A DNA stretch of 64,000 bases from an uncultured Verrucomicrobiota bacterium (GCA_913061285.1 CAJXVR010000003.1:748-64747), one strand, 5' to 3'; positions 40,343-51,218 are shown, numbered from the stretch's first letter. The notes: generated from the sequence alone by a model not told the origin. A program made the numbers and translations.

Positions 40343-41128
40343 CTAGCGGGAAGGTAGTTTGACGTCGAAATTCTTCTCGTAGCCTTTGTGCCAATTCTGA
40401 GTCCAGAGTTCGCGCAAGTCGGCGCGGGCCACATGGCCGTCGGAATAGGCTAGGTTGGTTCCTTTGTTGTGGCGGTCGACGAAGAACCGTCGGGTTCCAT
40501 TGTCCGATTGTTCCCCTGATAGATTACTTGGAGGGGCATCGCCAGATCGAGGCCATCCATCTACCCAATTTCCGTCGCCGTAAAGGGGCACCTCGGCGGT
40601 CGCGTTAAAGTATTGTCCGTAGTATTTGGCCCATTCTTCGGGAGACTTTGGTTCGTAGTAACTTCCCTGAGGCCATTGCATCCAAGAATTGACGGTATAG
40701 CTTCCCTCGGCCTTTGATTTTCCAAATCCGCCCCAATGGAAACTCCAATTGCGTTTGTTTGCACCGCGGGAATCGCCTTCGGCGCGTTCGGTGACCGTCG
40801 GGCAAATGATGGTCTTCATAGAACCTTCATAGGCGGCTTGTGGATCATCTGCGTAGCGACTATCGCCCATGTAAGGAGCGATCGCATGAAACCAGTAGGG
40901 CTTGCCAGGGCCGAGGACAGGAAGAACTCGATCCTGATGATCGTCGGCATAGAGGATGGTTGCGAGGCCCATCTGCTTTAAATTTGAGGTGCATTTGATG
41001 GCTTTTGCTTTCGCTTTTGCCTTACCAAGAGCAGGGAGAAGCATTCCGGCTAGTATCGCTATGATGGCAATCACAACGAGGAGTTCGATGAGGGTAAAAC
41101 CCTTCGACGAGAAGTAGCGATGGTTCAT
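40343..41128 (-). CDS. Prepilin-type N-terminal cleavage/methylation protein with H-X9-DG motif
   Basis: [48 protein letters not shown]; start at MNHRY. Confidence 0.93.
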   Translation of the reverse strand: MNHRYFSSKGFTLIELLVVIAIIAILAGMLLPALGKAKAKAKAIKCTSNLKQMGLATILYADDHQDRVLPVLGPGKPYWFHAIAPYMGDSRYADDPQAAYEGSMKTIICPTVTERAEGDSRGANKRNWSFHWGGFGKSKAEGSYTVNSWMQWPQGSYYEPKSPEEWAKYYGQYFNATAEVPLYGDGNWVDGWPRSGDAPPSNLSGEQSDNGTRRFFVDRHNKGTNLAYSDGHVARADLRELWTQNWHKGYEKNFDVKLPSR

Positions 41129-41242
41129 AATGGGAACCCTTACAGGATTGAAGGGCGCCGACAAGTCGGATTTTCCGCGCTTTAGGGCCGAGGGGCCGGA
41201 TTGGCCATCGGCTGCCAACTGGGAATGAGAAGAGCTTTGTGC

Positions 41243-41842
41243 CTAGTGGGACAGAACTGCATTTGACGGAAGCACGAGCCTTCGTCGGGACATAAACGCG
41301 ATGAGTTGGGGGAAAGCAACGATGAATGCGGCGACGACCAGATCAATTCGACTCGTTCCCAGCACGATTCCTCCAACCATGAGAATTCCGGCAAGGATAG
41401 GTATGATGAGATCGAATTTCTTTGAGGCGGCACAGAATGCCCAGCTGACAATTACCGCGAAAACTCCGAGATCCCAGCCAGGAACGAAGACGGCGGCGGC
41501 AATGAAAAGGGGCAGCGGAACGAAAAGCGTGCGACGCGAAAGGACGAGATATGCTTGAATGAAGAACGACATGACCGCGATCGCAATGATTGTCAGGAGG
41601 ACCAATTTGCCAGCGTCTGGGCTTTCTGCGCGAACTAAGGTTCCCCAACGAACCAACGTTGCTAGTGCAATCAAACATCGGATGAGGTCGGCCCAGTTTG
41701 GCCAGTAGCTGGTTATTGCTCGTGCCGAAGGCGCCCAGGTTAGTCGTTTTGCTTCACCGCTACGGCGAATCATTATCGTCGAAATCAAGGGCGTCCAAAG
41801 AAGAACGCTGGCGATAGCGGGCCAAACCCACGATGATGTCAT
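41243..41842 (-). CDS. Polytopic membrane protein of unknown function
   Basis: 199 aa, about 6-7 hydrophobic segments. Confidence 0.65.
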   Translation of the reverse strand: MTSSWVWPAIASVLLWTPLISTIMIRRSGEAKRLTWAPSARAITSYWPNWADLIRCLIALATLVRWGTLVRAESPDAGKLVLLTIIAIAVMSFFIQAYLVLSRRTLFVPLPLFIAAAVFVPGWDLGVFAVIVSWAFCAASKKFDLIIPILAGILMVGGIVLGTSRIDLVVAAFIVAFPQLIAFMSRRRLVLPSNAVLSH

Positions 41843-41995
41843 TGGTGATTCTGTTCTCTTGCGAGTAGCTTATGCACTTGGTCAATCGTCCGAAGGGAGA
41901 CACTAATGTCGCCTTTGGATTTTTTCAAGGAAGTTGATTGGCTCGATTCTTTTCCGGATCGTTGACTTGCTCGGCGGCGAATGTCTTGAATAATC

Positions 41996-42790
41996 GTGCT
42001 TGTGAGCAAGGTTGCAATCGTTACTGGGTCATCAAGAGGGATTGGGCGGGGAATCGCGCTGTCTTTGGCTGGTGTTGGCTATAGTCTAGTCATCAATTAC
42101 GCGGGGAACGCTTCTGCGGCCGCGTCTACCGTGGAAGCTTGTCTCGTGGCAGCCAAGGAGAACGGGTATGAGATCGATGCGATTTCCGTTCGGGCCGACA
42201 TTGGAGATGCTACAGCTAGGGAATATTTACTACAGGAAACTCGAAACCATTTTGGCCGTCTAGACCTGCTCGTCAACAATGCGGGGATTACTTCTATTGG
42301 GAGGGCCGATCTCTTGGATGCGACGGAAGAGGCCTTTGATACCTTGATGGGGGTGAATCTGAAAGGGCCGTTTTTTCTAAGTCAGGCCGCCGCCCGGTGG
42401 ATGATTGACGAAACGAGCAAAGATCAAACGCTTCATCCAAAAATTGTGACCATTAGTTCGATCAGTGGCTACACCGTTTCGGTCAATCGGGGTGACTATT
42501 GCATGGCGAAGGCCGCGCTCGGGATGATGACGAAGCTCTTTGCTGTCCGCTTGGCCGAACACGGGATCAATGTGTATGAAATCTGCCCCGGAATCATTGC
42601 CTCAGATATGACGGCTCCAGTGAAAGAAAAATATGATCGACTGATTGGAGACGGCCTAACTCCGATTCGCCGGTGGGGACTTCCGGAAGATGTCGGGCAA
42701 GCGGTGGTTGCGATTGCGGATGATCAGTTTAGGTTCAGTACGGGTGAGGTTTTCAATGTCGACGGAGGCTTTCATATCCGTCAACTATAA
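41996..42790 (+). CDS. Short-chain dehydrogenase/reductase (3-ketoacyl-ACP reductase-like)
   Basis: [27 protein letters not shown]. Confidence 0.93.
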   Translation: MLVSKVAIVTGSSRGIGRGIALSLAGVGYSLVINYAGNASAAASTVEACLVAAKENGYEIDAISVRADIGDATAREYLLQETRNHFGRLDLLVNNAGITSIGRADLLDATEEAFDTLMGVNLKGPFFLSQAAARWMIDETSKDQTLHPKIVTISSISGYTVSVNRGDYCMAKAALGMMTKLFAVRLAEHGINVYEICPGIIASDMTAPVKEKYDRLIGDGLTPIRRWGLPEDVGQAVVAIADDQFRFSTGEVFNVDGGFHIRQL

Positions 42791-42820
42791 GGCGTTGTTG
42801 ATGATGGTGTTTAAATCGAA

Positions 42821-43933
42821 ATGAGTGAGGCAAGACAAGACTCGTTGATTCAGAAAGTTTGGAGTGGGGACCGTATCAGTGCTTCGGAGGCGCGGGCTCT
42901 TTACGATCTCCCTCTTGAGGAGTTAGGGGCACTAGCTGATCGACGCCGGATTTTGGCGAAAGAGAAGGCTTTCGACGGACGGGGGAATGAGGTGGTGACC
43001 TTCATTGTTGATCGCAATATCAACTACACCAATGTCTGCAATGTCTATTGCAAGTTCTGTGCATTTTATCGGACTGAGAAAGACGACGACGCCTACGTGA
43101 TCTCATTCGATGAGCTCGATCAGAAGATTCAAGAGACGGTTGATCTCGGGGGGACGCAGATTCTCATGCAAGGAGGGCATCATCCAAAATTGTCGCTTCA
43201 GTGGTATTTGGATCTATTGAGCCACATACGAGAGACGTTTCCCTCAATAAACATTCATGCCTTTAGTCCCAGCGAATTCATTCATTTTCAGGAGGTTTTT
43301 GATATGCCACTGGAGGATCTCTTGGTGAAGTTCAAAGATGCTGGACTTGGATCGATTCCTGGGGGTGGGGGAGAAATCCTTGTGGACCGGGTCAGAAACC
43401 GCATTTCGCCTCTGAAAGCGATGACGGATGATTGGTTGGAAGTCATGAATGTGGCTCATCGTATTGGTTTGAAATCCTCGGTGACGATGATGTTTGGCCA
43501 CGTCGAAACCGTTGAGGAGAGGATCGAGCACCTTGATCGGGTGCGAAAGCAACAAGATGCGAGTGGTGGCTTTACCGCCTTCATTGCCTGGACTTTTCAG
43601 GCGGACAATACTCGGCTAAAGGCTGAACCGGTGGGAGCCAGTGAGTACTTACGGATGCAAGCGCTCAGTCGGATTTACCTGGACAACATTCCAAACATCC
43701 AGAGCTCATGGGTGACGCAGGGACTTGAGATCGGGCAAGTCGCTCTTAAATATGGCGCGAATGATCTTGGTAGCATCATGATCGAGGAGAACGTGGTCAG
43801 CCAGGCGGGGACCACCTTCCAAATGACGGTCGCTGATATGCAGCGATTGATAAGCGATGCTGGCTACGAGCCGATCCAGCGTGACAATTGGTATCGGCCC
43901 GTTAAATTAGAAAATGCCCAGGGATTTGGGTGA
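42821..43933 (+). CDS. mqnC: Cyclic dehypoxanthinyl futalosine synthase (radical SAM, menaquinone futalosine pathway)
   Basis: DRNINYTNVCNVYCKFCAFYR, ILMQGG.HP, SIPGGGGEIL, SSWVTQG, GANDLGS.M.EENVV. Confidence 0.9.
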   Translation: MSEARQDSLIQKVWSGDRISASEARALYDLPLEELGALADRRRILAKEKAFDGRGNEVVTFIVDRNINYTNVCNVYCKFCAFYRTEKDDDAYVISFDELDQKIQETVDLGGTQILMQGGHHPKLSLQWYLDLLSHIRETFPSINIHAFSPSEFIHFQEVFDMPLEDLLVKFKDAGLGSIPGGGGEILVDRVRNRISPLKAMTDDWLEVMNVAHRIGLKSSVTMMFGHVETVEERIEHLDRVRKQQDASGGFTAFIAWTFQADNTRLKAEPVGASEYLRMQALSRIYLDNIPNIQSSWVTQGLEIGQVALKYGANDLGSIMIEENVVSQAGTTFQMTVADMQRLISDAGYEPIQRDNWYRPVKLENAQGFG

Positions 43934-44135
43934 TTCCAGTTGCGGGACCTCAACGGCTCGTTCCAGAAGGGGAAAAAAGGTCGCTTTTGTTTTGATATTG
44001 CATTCCGTCCTTGACCGTTGGCTGTAGGAAGGTAAACGAGATGGGTGTTCCCCAACTCATGCTGTTTGGTTCGGTCGTTCTCTTGGCTTACTAGATCGCG
44101 TGAGGGGGCGGATTCCTGTCTTTGAAAGCGAATTT

Positions 44136-45485
44136 ATGTTAATGCATCTGATTCAACGGTTTAAAGCCTTCTCTGGGGTGGTCTTGATGGGGGCCATGTT
44201 GGTGCCTTCGGCGGTGGACGCGCAGGAGAAGAAGCTGTTAGTTGTGACGGTAACGAAGGGGTTTCGGCACAGTTCTATTCCGACGGCTGAGGCGGTCTTA
44301 GGATCTCTGGCTGAGCGGCATGCCTCGTTCGCGGTTGAGTATGCTCGAACGGACGATGAGATCGCCCAGAAAATGGCTCCGGACCAGCTTGAGACGTTTG
44401 ATGGAGTGATCTTTGCCAACACGACAGGGGAGCTTCCCATACCGGACAAGGAAGCGTTCATGGATTGGATCAAGGCGGGGCATGGCTTTGTGGGCATGCA
44501 CTCCGCGTCAGACACCTTTCACCAATTTCGTCCTTACATCGAGATGATTGGTGCCGAATTCTTGACTCATGGACCACAAGTAGAAGTGGACGCCGTCAAC
44601 GAAGACCCTGAACATGCTGCCTGCCAGCATTTCGGATCTCACTTCAAGGTCTACGATGAGATCTATGTGATGAAGAGCTTCGATCGGGATCGGGTTCACG
44701 GGCTTCTCACCCTTCATAATCATCCAAACTCTAAAATGCCAGGCGACCATCCCATTGCTTGGTCGAAGTCCTATGGTGAAGGGCGGGTTTTCTACACGTC
44801 GCTCGGGCACCGAGAAGACATTTGGACAGACGCCGATTATCAACGCCATATCATCGGTGGGATTCTCTGGTCGCTTGGATTGGCAGAAGGATCTTCGGCG
44901 CCCGTGGATCAACGCTACCAGGTGGGCAAAACCGAGAAAGAGGCGGGGTTTAAGCCGCTATTCAACGGCGTAGATCTCGAAGGGTGGAAGTTGCGTCACG
45001 ACGATGGCCCGGCGAGTTGGGATGTCCAGAATGGGATGCTCGTTAACACCATCAAAGACGGAGAACACGGCACTGATCTGATCTCTGTAGACTCATTCCG
45101 AGATTTTACCGTTCGGTACGAATTTCAGGTTCCGAAAGGCAGTAACAGTGGGTTCTATCTCAGAGGAAGGCACGAGATTCAAATCCTGGAAGATGCTGCC
45201 GGTCGGAAGCTGGCTGATGGGGGCAATGGAGCCATCTATAGTCTCAAGCCTGTAGATATTTTTGTCTCTCGCAAGGCGGGGCAATGGCAGGAGGCTGAAG
45301 TAACGATCGTGGACGATCGAGTGAGCGCTTTTCTCAATGGGGTCAAGGTCCACGACGACGTTGAAGTCAATCGTGCTACGGGCGGAGAGCTGGATTCCAA
45401 TCTCGATCAACCGGGGCCTGTGATGCTTCAGGGGGACCACGGTGCCATTGCTTTCCGTAATATCCGTATCAAGGTGCTTGAATAA
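44136..45485 (+). CDS. Secreted ThuA-like + DUF1080 (3-keto-disaccharide hydrolase-like) fusion protein
   Basis: GFRHSSIP, GFVGMHSA and GRVFYTSLGH (ThuA); LFNG.DL.GW, NSGFY, EIQI and LQGDHG.I.FRNI (DUF1080). Confidence 0.9.
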   Translation: MLMHLIQRFKAFSGVVLMGAMLVPSAVDAQEKKLLVVTVTKGFRHSSIPTAEAVLGSLAERHASFAVEYARTDDEIAQKMAPDQLETFDGVIFANTTGELPIPDKEAFMDWIKAGHGFVGMHSASDTFHQFRPYIEMIGAEFLTHGPQVEVDAVNEDPEHAACQHFGSHFKVYDEIYVMKSFDRDRVHGLLTLHNHPNSKMPGDHPIAWSKSYGEGRVFYTSLGHREDIWTDADYQRHIIGGILWSLGLAEGSSAPVDQRYQVGKTEKEAGFKPLFNGVDLEGWKLRHDDGPASWDVQNGMLVNTIKDGEHGTDLISVDSFRDFTVRYEFQVPKGSNSGFYLRGRHEIQILEDAAGRKLADGGNGAIYSLKPVDIFVSRKAGQWQEAEVTIVDDRVSAFLNGVKVHDDVEVNRATGGELDSNLDQPGPVMLQGDHGAIAFRNIRIKVLE

Positions 45486-45599
45486 GCACTGAGGGGCTCG
45501 TCGAAGTTTTTAAGATCGAAATTAAATAAATTTGGCAACATGGCGTCTATTGAAGTGGAGCTAGAGTTGTTGCCGGTAACATGCTTGCGCTAAGGCGTT

Positions 45600-46976
45600 A
45601 TGAACCAAGTTGATTCATCACTACCATTTAATCGTCGCGACTTCCTTAAGGGAGGATCGCTCAGCTCCATGGCCGCTCTCGTTGGAGGGAAGCTTGTCAC
45701 GGCTCCCGATAGCGTCCTCGCTCAGGAATCAACGAAACCAATCGGTCCTCCGGTAAGGTTTGGGATAATTGGCTGCGGATATCATGGTCGTTTGGTGATT
45801 GGAACTTTAGCTGTTTTGCCAAATGCACCGATTGTCGCTCTTTGTGACAGCTACGGTGCGTTCTTGAGGCGAGCAGGCCGTTCGGCTCCCAAAGCTGCGA
45901 AATACGAACAGTACCAAGACCTTCTCAACGACGAAAATGTAGATGCCGTCATCGTTTGTACGCCCACCCATCAACATGCCAAGATCGTAAAAGATGCGCT
46001 AGCGGCTGGAAAGCACGTCTATTGTGAGGCGCCCTTGTCAAACTCAGTCGAGGAGGCTCGAGAAATCGCGTTGGCCGCGCGTAAACACCCACGGCAGTAC
46101 TTTCAGGCAGGGTTACAGAATCGGTCGGATTCACAGCGGCACTTTCTTTTGGATTTCATTCGAACCGGATCTTGGGGGAGAACAGTACAGACCCGGGCTC
46201 AATGGCATAAGAAAACCAGTTGGCGGAGGACGGCTCCGACCAACAAGCGGGAGCGTGAAATCAACTGGCGGTTGGATGAAAAACTAACCACTGGATTGGT
46301 TGGTGAAATTGGGATTCATCAGATTGATGCAGCGAGTTGGTTCTTGCGAAAACGCCCCGTAGGAGTTCATGGATTTGGTTCGATTCTTCACTGGAACGAT
46401 GGTCGAAAAGTGCCTGATACCGTACAGGCCATGATTGAGTTTCCGAGCAATGTGCGGATGATGTATGATATCACCTTGGCCAATTCGTTCGATTCGGAAC
46501 ATGAAGTTTACTACGGAACCGCTGCGGCTTTAATGGTTCGAGGAGCCAAGGCTTGGATGTTCAAGGAACCGGATGCGCCTCTCTTGGGGTGGGAGGTCTA
46601 TGCCTTGAAAGAAAATTTCCATAAAGAAATCGGCATTGCCCTCTCAGCTGATGCAACGAAGTTGACGACGGTTACGGGTAATCGTGATGGCGGGGAGCAA
46701 GACAAATACACGAACACGCCTCTCTATTACGCATTGGAGGCCTTTGTGCATAATTCACATGTCCATCGTTCCGGTGTGGAAGATTTTGTGATCAGCTTCG
46801 GTGATGATGATCCGGAAGCTTTAGCAGACTATTTGGAAGGGTTATCGGATTCTAAGATGCCTGCAGCGGACTATAAAGTTGGCTATGAAGCCACCGTGAC
46901 GGCATTGAAGATTAATGAAGCCATTGTTGGTAAGAAGGCCATCGCCTTTGAGGACAAGTGGTTTGATCTTGGTTAA
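45600..46976 (+). CDS. Tat-exported Gfo/Idh/MocA oxidoreductase
   Basis: NRRDFLK Tat motif, GIIGCG, TPTHQH, GKHVYCEAP, EIGIHQID. Confidence 0.9.
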   Translation: MNQVDSSLPFNRRDFLKGGSLSSMAALVGGKLVTAPDSVLAQESTKPIGPPVRFGIIGCGYHGRLVIGTLAVLPNAPIVALCDSYGAFLRRAGRSAPKAAKYEQYQDLLNDENVDAVIVCTPTHQHAKIVKDALAAGKHVYCEAPLSNSVEEAREIALAARKHPRQYFQAGLQNRSDSQRHFLLDFIRTGSWGRTVQTRAQWHKKTSWRRTAPTNKREREINWRLDEKLTTGLVGEIGIHQIDAASWFLRKRPVGVHGFGSILHWNDGRKVPDTVQAMIEFPSNVRMMYDITLANSFDSEHEVYYGTAAALMVRGAKAWMFKEPDAPLLGWEVYALKENFHKEIGIALSADATKLTTVTGNRDGGEQDKYTNTPLYYALEAFVHNSHVHRSGVEDFVISFGDDDPEALADYLEGLSDSKMPAADYKVGYEATVTALKINEAIVGKKAIAFEDKWFDLG

Positions 46977-47023
46977 GATCGAGATTGTTGAAGCAGCAGA
47001 AATTTTTTTTGGAGTTTAAAGAG

Positions 47024-47680
47024 ATGAATGGTTTAAGAAATTTGACAGTGAGAAGCGCTGGCGTCGCCTTGGGTATCCTTTTGACTGCGACGACCTTGCT
47101 TGGTGCAGAGTCGGTGCGCTATCAGGGTGTCCCTCGAGGAAGTAGTGTCAAAATCGATGGGACCTCTACGGTTCACGATTGGACCGTTGAAGGGAAATTA
47201 ATCGGTGGTTCCATGATCGTTGATGGTGAGTTTCCCTCGGATCTTAGTGTGTCGACTGTTCCGGAACTGACGTCACTTCCCACAGTAGGTGTGAAAATTC
47301 CGGTGACATCGCTCAAAAGTGGAAAGTCGACGATGGACAATGTGATGCATGGTGCGATGAAGCACACGAAGCATCGCATGATTGACTACAAGTTGACCAA
47401 GATGACTCCGTCGGCAGCCGAGCGGCAGTCAGGAGACCCATTGCGCTATGATGCTGAAGGTACTCTGACTGTGGCTGGAGTCACCAAGCCAATTAAGATG
47501 CCTGTTGAACTGGTTGGCCACGGCGATGGCGGATTGAAGATTTCGGGCAAAGCGAAGGTCAAGATGACCGATTTCGGAATCAAACCTCCGGCCCCTAAGA
47601 TAGCCTTGGGCCTCATTAAGACGGGCGATCAAGTGGATATCACCTTTGAGTGGGTTACCAAGAAACGGGTGAAGAAGTAG
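47024..47680 (+). CDS. YceI family periplasmic protein
   Basis: Signal peptide, GTSTVHDW, IPVTSLKSG..MD..M, G.LT.AGVTK, MTDFGI.PP. Confidence 0.88.
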   Translation: MNGLRNLTVRSAGVALGILLTATTLLGAESVRYQGVPRGSSVKIDGTSTVHDWTVEGKLIGGSMIVDGEFPSDLSVSTVPELTSLPTVGVKIPVTSLKSGKSTMDNVMHGAMKHTKHRMIDYKLTKMTPSAAERQSGDPLRYDAEGTLTVAGVTKPIKMPVELVGHGDGGLKISGKAKVKMTDFGIKPPAPKIALGLIKTGDQVDITFEWVTKKRVKK

Positions 47681-47700
47681 TCCGGAATTAAGACGATTTG

Positions 47701-47732
47701 AAAAGGGCGCCTTCTCTGAAGGCGCCCTTTTT
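47701..47732. terminator. Bidirectional rho-independent terminator
   Basis: AAAAGGGCGCCTTC-tct-GAAGGCGCCCTTTTT between convergent genes. Confidence 0.9.
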
Positions 47733-47826
47733 TGATATCGAAGGGCTCGGCTGGGGAACGAATGAGAGTTGGGGGATTCTTGATGTGGCCTCTATCTGGG
47801 CTATTTGTGGTCAAAAAGACCTTTCG

Positions 47827-48678
47827 TCACAGCCTCGGCCTAGGAATCCAGCATCGAACACGAGAGCGGTACGATTCATACTCTGCGCCAAATTTTCGAC
47901 TCAGATCGTTTTCTTCAATAGGGCGGATAATAAAATGCCATGCGAGTCCCCCGACCACGCCGTAGATCGCTATCGGCCATGACCCGAAGAAGAGAGCGAG
48001 TGAAAGAATTTGTCCGACACCGGCAACTGCCATTGGGTTCCGAATAAAGGCGTAAGGGCCTCGTAAAACCAATTTGTTCGTAGCGTCTAGAGGCAGTGGT
48101 GTACCTTCCCCCCACGACACCATGAAATAGGCACTTGAAAGCCCTAAGAGACTGAACAAGAGGAAAAGGATTCCAGTGGGAACCGGCAATGCGACTTCAA
48201 AATCGGCAAGTCTCTGCGTTGCCCACAAGAGAATGAATGGCAGTATTCCCAAGAAGATCGACCAAAAGCTCACGATTTGGACCAGGGTCTTCAACCCATT
48301 CACCCAGACCGAACGCGAAGATGCGCTTCTCATGAAAGCGAAGGGGTAAACCAGAAAGATATTGAAAATCAAACCAAAGACCATTGTCAACGTGGGCACA
48401 ACGCCATCCAATCCAGAGATCGACGCGTTGATACAAAATAAGGTCGCATAGGCAAATGCTCCCAAGATAATGAGTCCCAGATCTCGACTAGTCACATAGG
48501 AACGAATGAGCGAGAGCAAGCCCAACAAGATCAGATCCGGAACTAGTAGATTGAAAAACGCTTCCCTATTAATCGATGAGTATGAAAACATGCCGTAGAC
48601 CTCTCCCGAAACACTGATCTCGATCCACCAGAGAAAAATGAGGGCCGACTGAAAAATATAAGCGGTATTAATCAACAT
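47827..48678 (-). CDS. Isoprenylcysteine carboxylmethyltransferase/PEMT-family membrane protein
   Basis: GEGTPLP..LVLRGPYAFIRNPM, EE..L..KFGAEYESYR..V..WIPR; start uncertain. Confidence 0.85.
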   Translation of the reverse strand: MLINTAYIFQSALIFLWWIEISVSGEVYGMFSYSSINREAFFNLLVPDLILLGLLSLIRSYVTSRDLGLIILGAFAYATLFCINASISGLDGVVPTLTMVFGLIFNIFLVYPFAFMRSASSRSVWVNGLKTLVQIVSFWSIFLGILPFILLWATQRLADFEVALPVPTGILFLLFSLLGLSSAYFMVSWGEGTPLPLDATNKLVLRGPYAFIRNPMAVAGVGQILSLALFFGSWPIAIYGVVGGLAWHFIIRPIEENDLSRKFGAEYESYRSRVRCWIPRPRL

Positions 48679-48834
48679 GACAGAACGAAGAGAAGGGTTG
48701 GCGTGGCGGTGAGTGGGATCTATTTCTGGAGGGGGCACTCTCAAGTCGATACCGCTCGGAAAACTCTCTGGGAATCGAGTCTGGCCCAAGAAGACGGCTG
48801 TTGAAACGAATCATTGGTCCTTATCAGAGCGGGC

Positions 48835-49230
48835 TTAAGCGTTCGGCGTCTTTCCTTCAGGTTCTTGACCGGAATCCATCTTGGAGTGGGACAGAATATT
48901 CACGATCTTTCCATTCGGATCCCTCAGAAAATAACGCGTTACGCCCCAGGGTTCCACTGTCAACGGATAAACAATCGGAAGCCCCAAGCTCTCTGCCTCT
49001 TCGTAGCTCTTCCGGACATTCTCTACTTCGATCGACACGTCTGGAAGAAGGGACTCATCCGAATCTGGACGGGCGACGGTGACCTGGGCGCTGGGGTTGG
49101 CAGGGGAGGCAAACGTCATCACCCAGCCCTGATCCATAACGAGATCCAGCCCGAGAAAATCCCCGTAGAAGGCCTGATTCCCCTCAAGATTCTTCGATCG
49201 GATGTCGGGTACAATACGTTTGATTTTCAT
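48835..49230 (-). CDS. VOC family (glyoxalase/bleomycin resistance) protein
   Basis: FYGDFLGL..MDQGW, PD.SIEV, EPWGV.RYF.RDP.G..VNILSH. Confidence 0.9.
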   Translation of the reverse strand: MKIKRIVPDIRSKNLEGNQAFYGDFLGLDLVMDQGWVMTFASPANPSAQVTVARPDSDESLLPDVSIEVENVRKSYEEAESLGLPIVYPLTVEPWGVTRYFLRDPNGKIVNILSHSKMDSGQEPEGKTPNA

Positions 49231-49877
49231 TTTCTAGTTCTCGGTGTTCTATGCTGAATATTCCTCAAGGGGCATGGTTCTTCCGTGCCGAGAGTATCTG
49301 CGAAGAGATTCAAATACCTGTCTCAATCCCACCTCGTCACATCTTGCCTTCCTTTTCTCACATCGTAGTGAAAACTGCCGTTTCAACAATCCTAATGCCG
49401 ATAGGCGTCATGGGTACAGCGTTGGCTTTCAGTAATCAATTCTGCGATTCGGTTGTAATGTAGGGGATCATGAAGTGGTTCGGGCTGTGTCTGCGATCGC
49501 CAGCGAGAATCGCTCTTAGGCTTATCAGAGGAAGAGGATTCCGTTTTCTGATTTGCTCATGGCTAGTCGCCTTGTGGGGAGCCGTAACGATGGATCCGCT
49601 ATACGAGGCTTTGGCCGCTTCACTTCTGCGAAGTCATGCGTTTCAATAGAACGGTGATGAGCCGGTTTTCTCACTCCTAGACGACGCTCTTGAGGGCGGC
49701 ACCTTCTTTGGGGAGGTTTCAGGGGCCGGTAAACGGCTCGTTTCGTTTCCTATTGGAAAAAGGTTGAGAATGCTCGGAAGATCGATGAGATTGGACCGTA
49801 TGCTCAAGAACGCTGCGACATTTCAAGGGAAGAGGCAGTGCCTTGTTAGTCTTCGGTCCCAATGAGTTCATGGTATA

Positions 49878-51218
49878 ATGAAGAGCCAGCGCCTTCAGAA
49901 GAGCGCCATCCTGGCGTTTGGAATAGCGGTTTCAGTCGCAGTGTTGGTGTTGTCGTTTCCCGCTCACGATAGGGGCGCATCATTTCGAGGGAAGTCCATC
50001 GAAACTTGGACCCACGAACTCAGTCTTTTCCTTGTCCCGAAGTATAGCTCTGGCCCGTCAATTGCCCCCCCATCTTCTGGTCCGCGTCAAGCCATTAGGT
50101 ACTTCGGAGCAGACGCCGTTCCCTATCTTCTCGAAGTATTCGATCGCCATGACAGTAAGGCGGCGAAGCAGATCCGATTGGTGTTAAAAGAATTTGGAAT
50201 CGTACTGCCCAATCGCTTGGCTCGTTGGATCGAGCCTCGTGCTTGGGATCCAAGTCCCGCGCTTGAGGGCTTTTCCTGCTTAGGCATTCAGGCGGAAATT
50301 GCCGTTCCTCACTTGGCAGAATACTTAAGCTCGGGATCGAGATATCACGAAGCAGCTAGTGCGCTCGGATTGATTGGTCCTCCTGCCTTGCCAGCCTTGC
50401 TCCGGGGGCTAGCGAATTCAGATCCGAAAGTCCGAAGGCAAGCGGCAGTGGGACTTCAGATGCTTAGTCCTGCAGCCGATCACGTGATAGTGGAATTCCT
50501 CAAAGAACTCGATATCGAATGCAATCCAAGGAACAGTTGGAGCAATCGTTCAGTGTTCTATTTGACCGCAAGTCAAAGAACCCAAGATTGGCACCAATTC
50601 CTGGCTTACCCCGAGCTTGGAACGGTGATTCGAAACATCCCTATCACTCAGATTACGAACGCAGTCGAGAAGAGTCTTAAAACGTTTGATTCTGAAGAGG
50701 TCGTTGCCTCGACGGAATATCAATCGACAGAGGCATTCTATCAGCTGGTAGAGGCTTCTGAAGTTCTAAAAAACGGGATAGGTCCGTCAGCTCAAATGTC
50801 AGCCTTCTTCGATAAGCTGGCTCAAGCCAAGATCAAGTATCCGGATCGGATCTACTCCTTTGAGATTCTTAGACTCCAGGTTCTGCTAGCCCATGAGCGC
50901 TACGACGAAGCGGATCCTGTAATCGGCTACTTAGAAAGGAATGCTGGGGAGTCTTGGATAAAATGGAGGGATTTGGCGTTCGTTCTGGTGGAGCGTCGAC
51001 CGCGAGAGCGGCAAATATGGGAATCAGCCATTGAAGCGGTGGAGAAAGCCCTCAGCCTACGCAATCGAATAGATTCCTCTCTCTTAGTTCTCGCACGCCG
51101 AGTCTACGGCGGAGCAGGCGTCGATAGTTCAAGAATGGAAGAAATCGAGAGGTTAATGAAGGGGACATTCACGCCCCATCCATTCTATGCTTCTCCACTC
51201 AGCAATCTTGTGAACTGA
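49878..51218 (+). CDS. Membrane-anchored HEAT-repeat protein with a helical (TPR-like) C-terminus
   Basis: N-terminal TM, FRGKSIETW, A.SALGLIGPPALPAL..L.NSDPKVRRQAA..L. Confidence 0.75.
   Translation: MKSQRLQKSAILAFGIAVSVAVLVLSFPAHDRGASFRGKSIETWTHELSLFLVPKYSSGPSIAPPSSGPRQAIRYFGADAVPYLLEVFDRHDSKAAKQIRLVLKEFGIVLPNRLARWIEPRAWDPSPALEGFSCLGIQAEIAVPHLAEYLSSGSRYHEAASALGLIGPPALPALLRGLANSDPKVRRQAAVGLQMLSPAADHVIVEFLKELDIECNPRNSWSNRSVFYLTASQRTQDWHQFLAYPELGTVIRNIPITQITNAVEKSLKTFDSEEVVASTEYQSTEAFYQLVEASEVLKNGIGPSAQMSAFFDKLAQAKIKYPDRIYSFEILRLQVLLAHERYDEADPVIGYLERNAGESWIKWRDLAFVLVERRPRERQIWESAIEAVEKALSLRNRIDSSLLVLARRVYGGAGVDSSRMEEIERLMKGTFTPHPFYASPLSNLVN

Noticed and set aside
42821..43933. Radical SAM gene as a possible RiPP or sulfatase maturase
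   Set aside because: Motifs match MqnC/CofH-type enzymes and there is no SPASM domain
49240..49870. Short ORFs and a loose GAGCCGGTTT...AAACGGCTC inverted repeat
   Set aside because: The match is short and imperfect; no recognisable coding or RNA family
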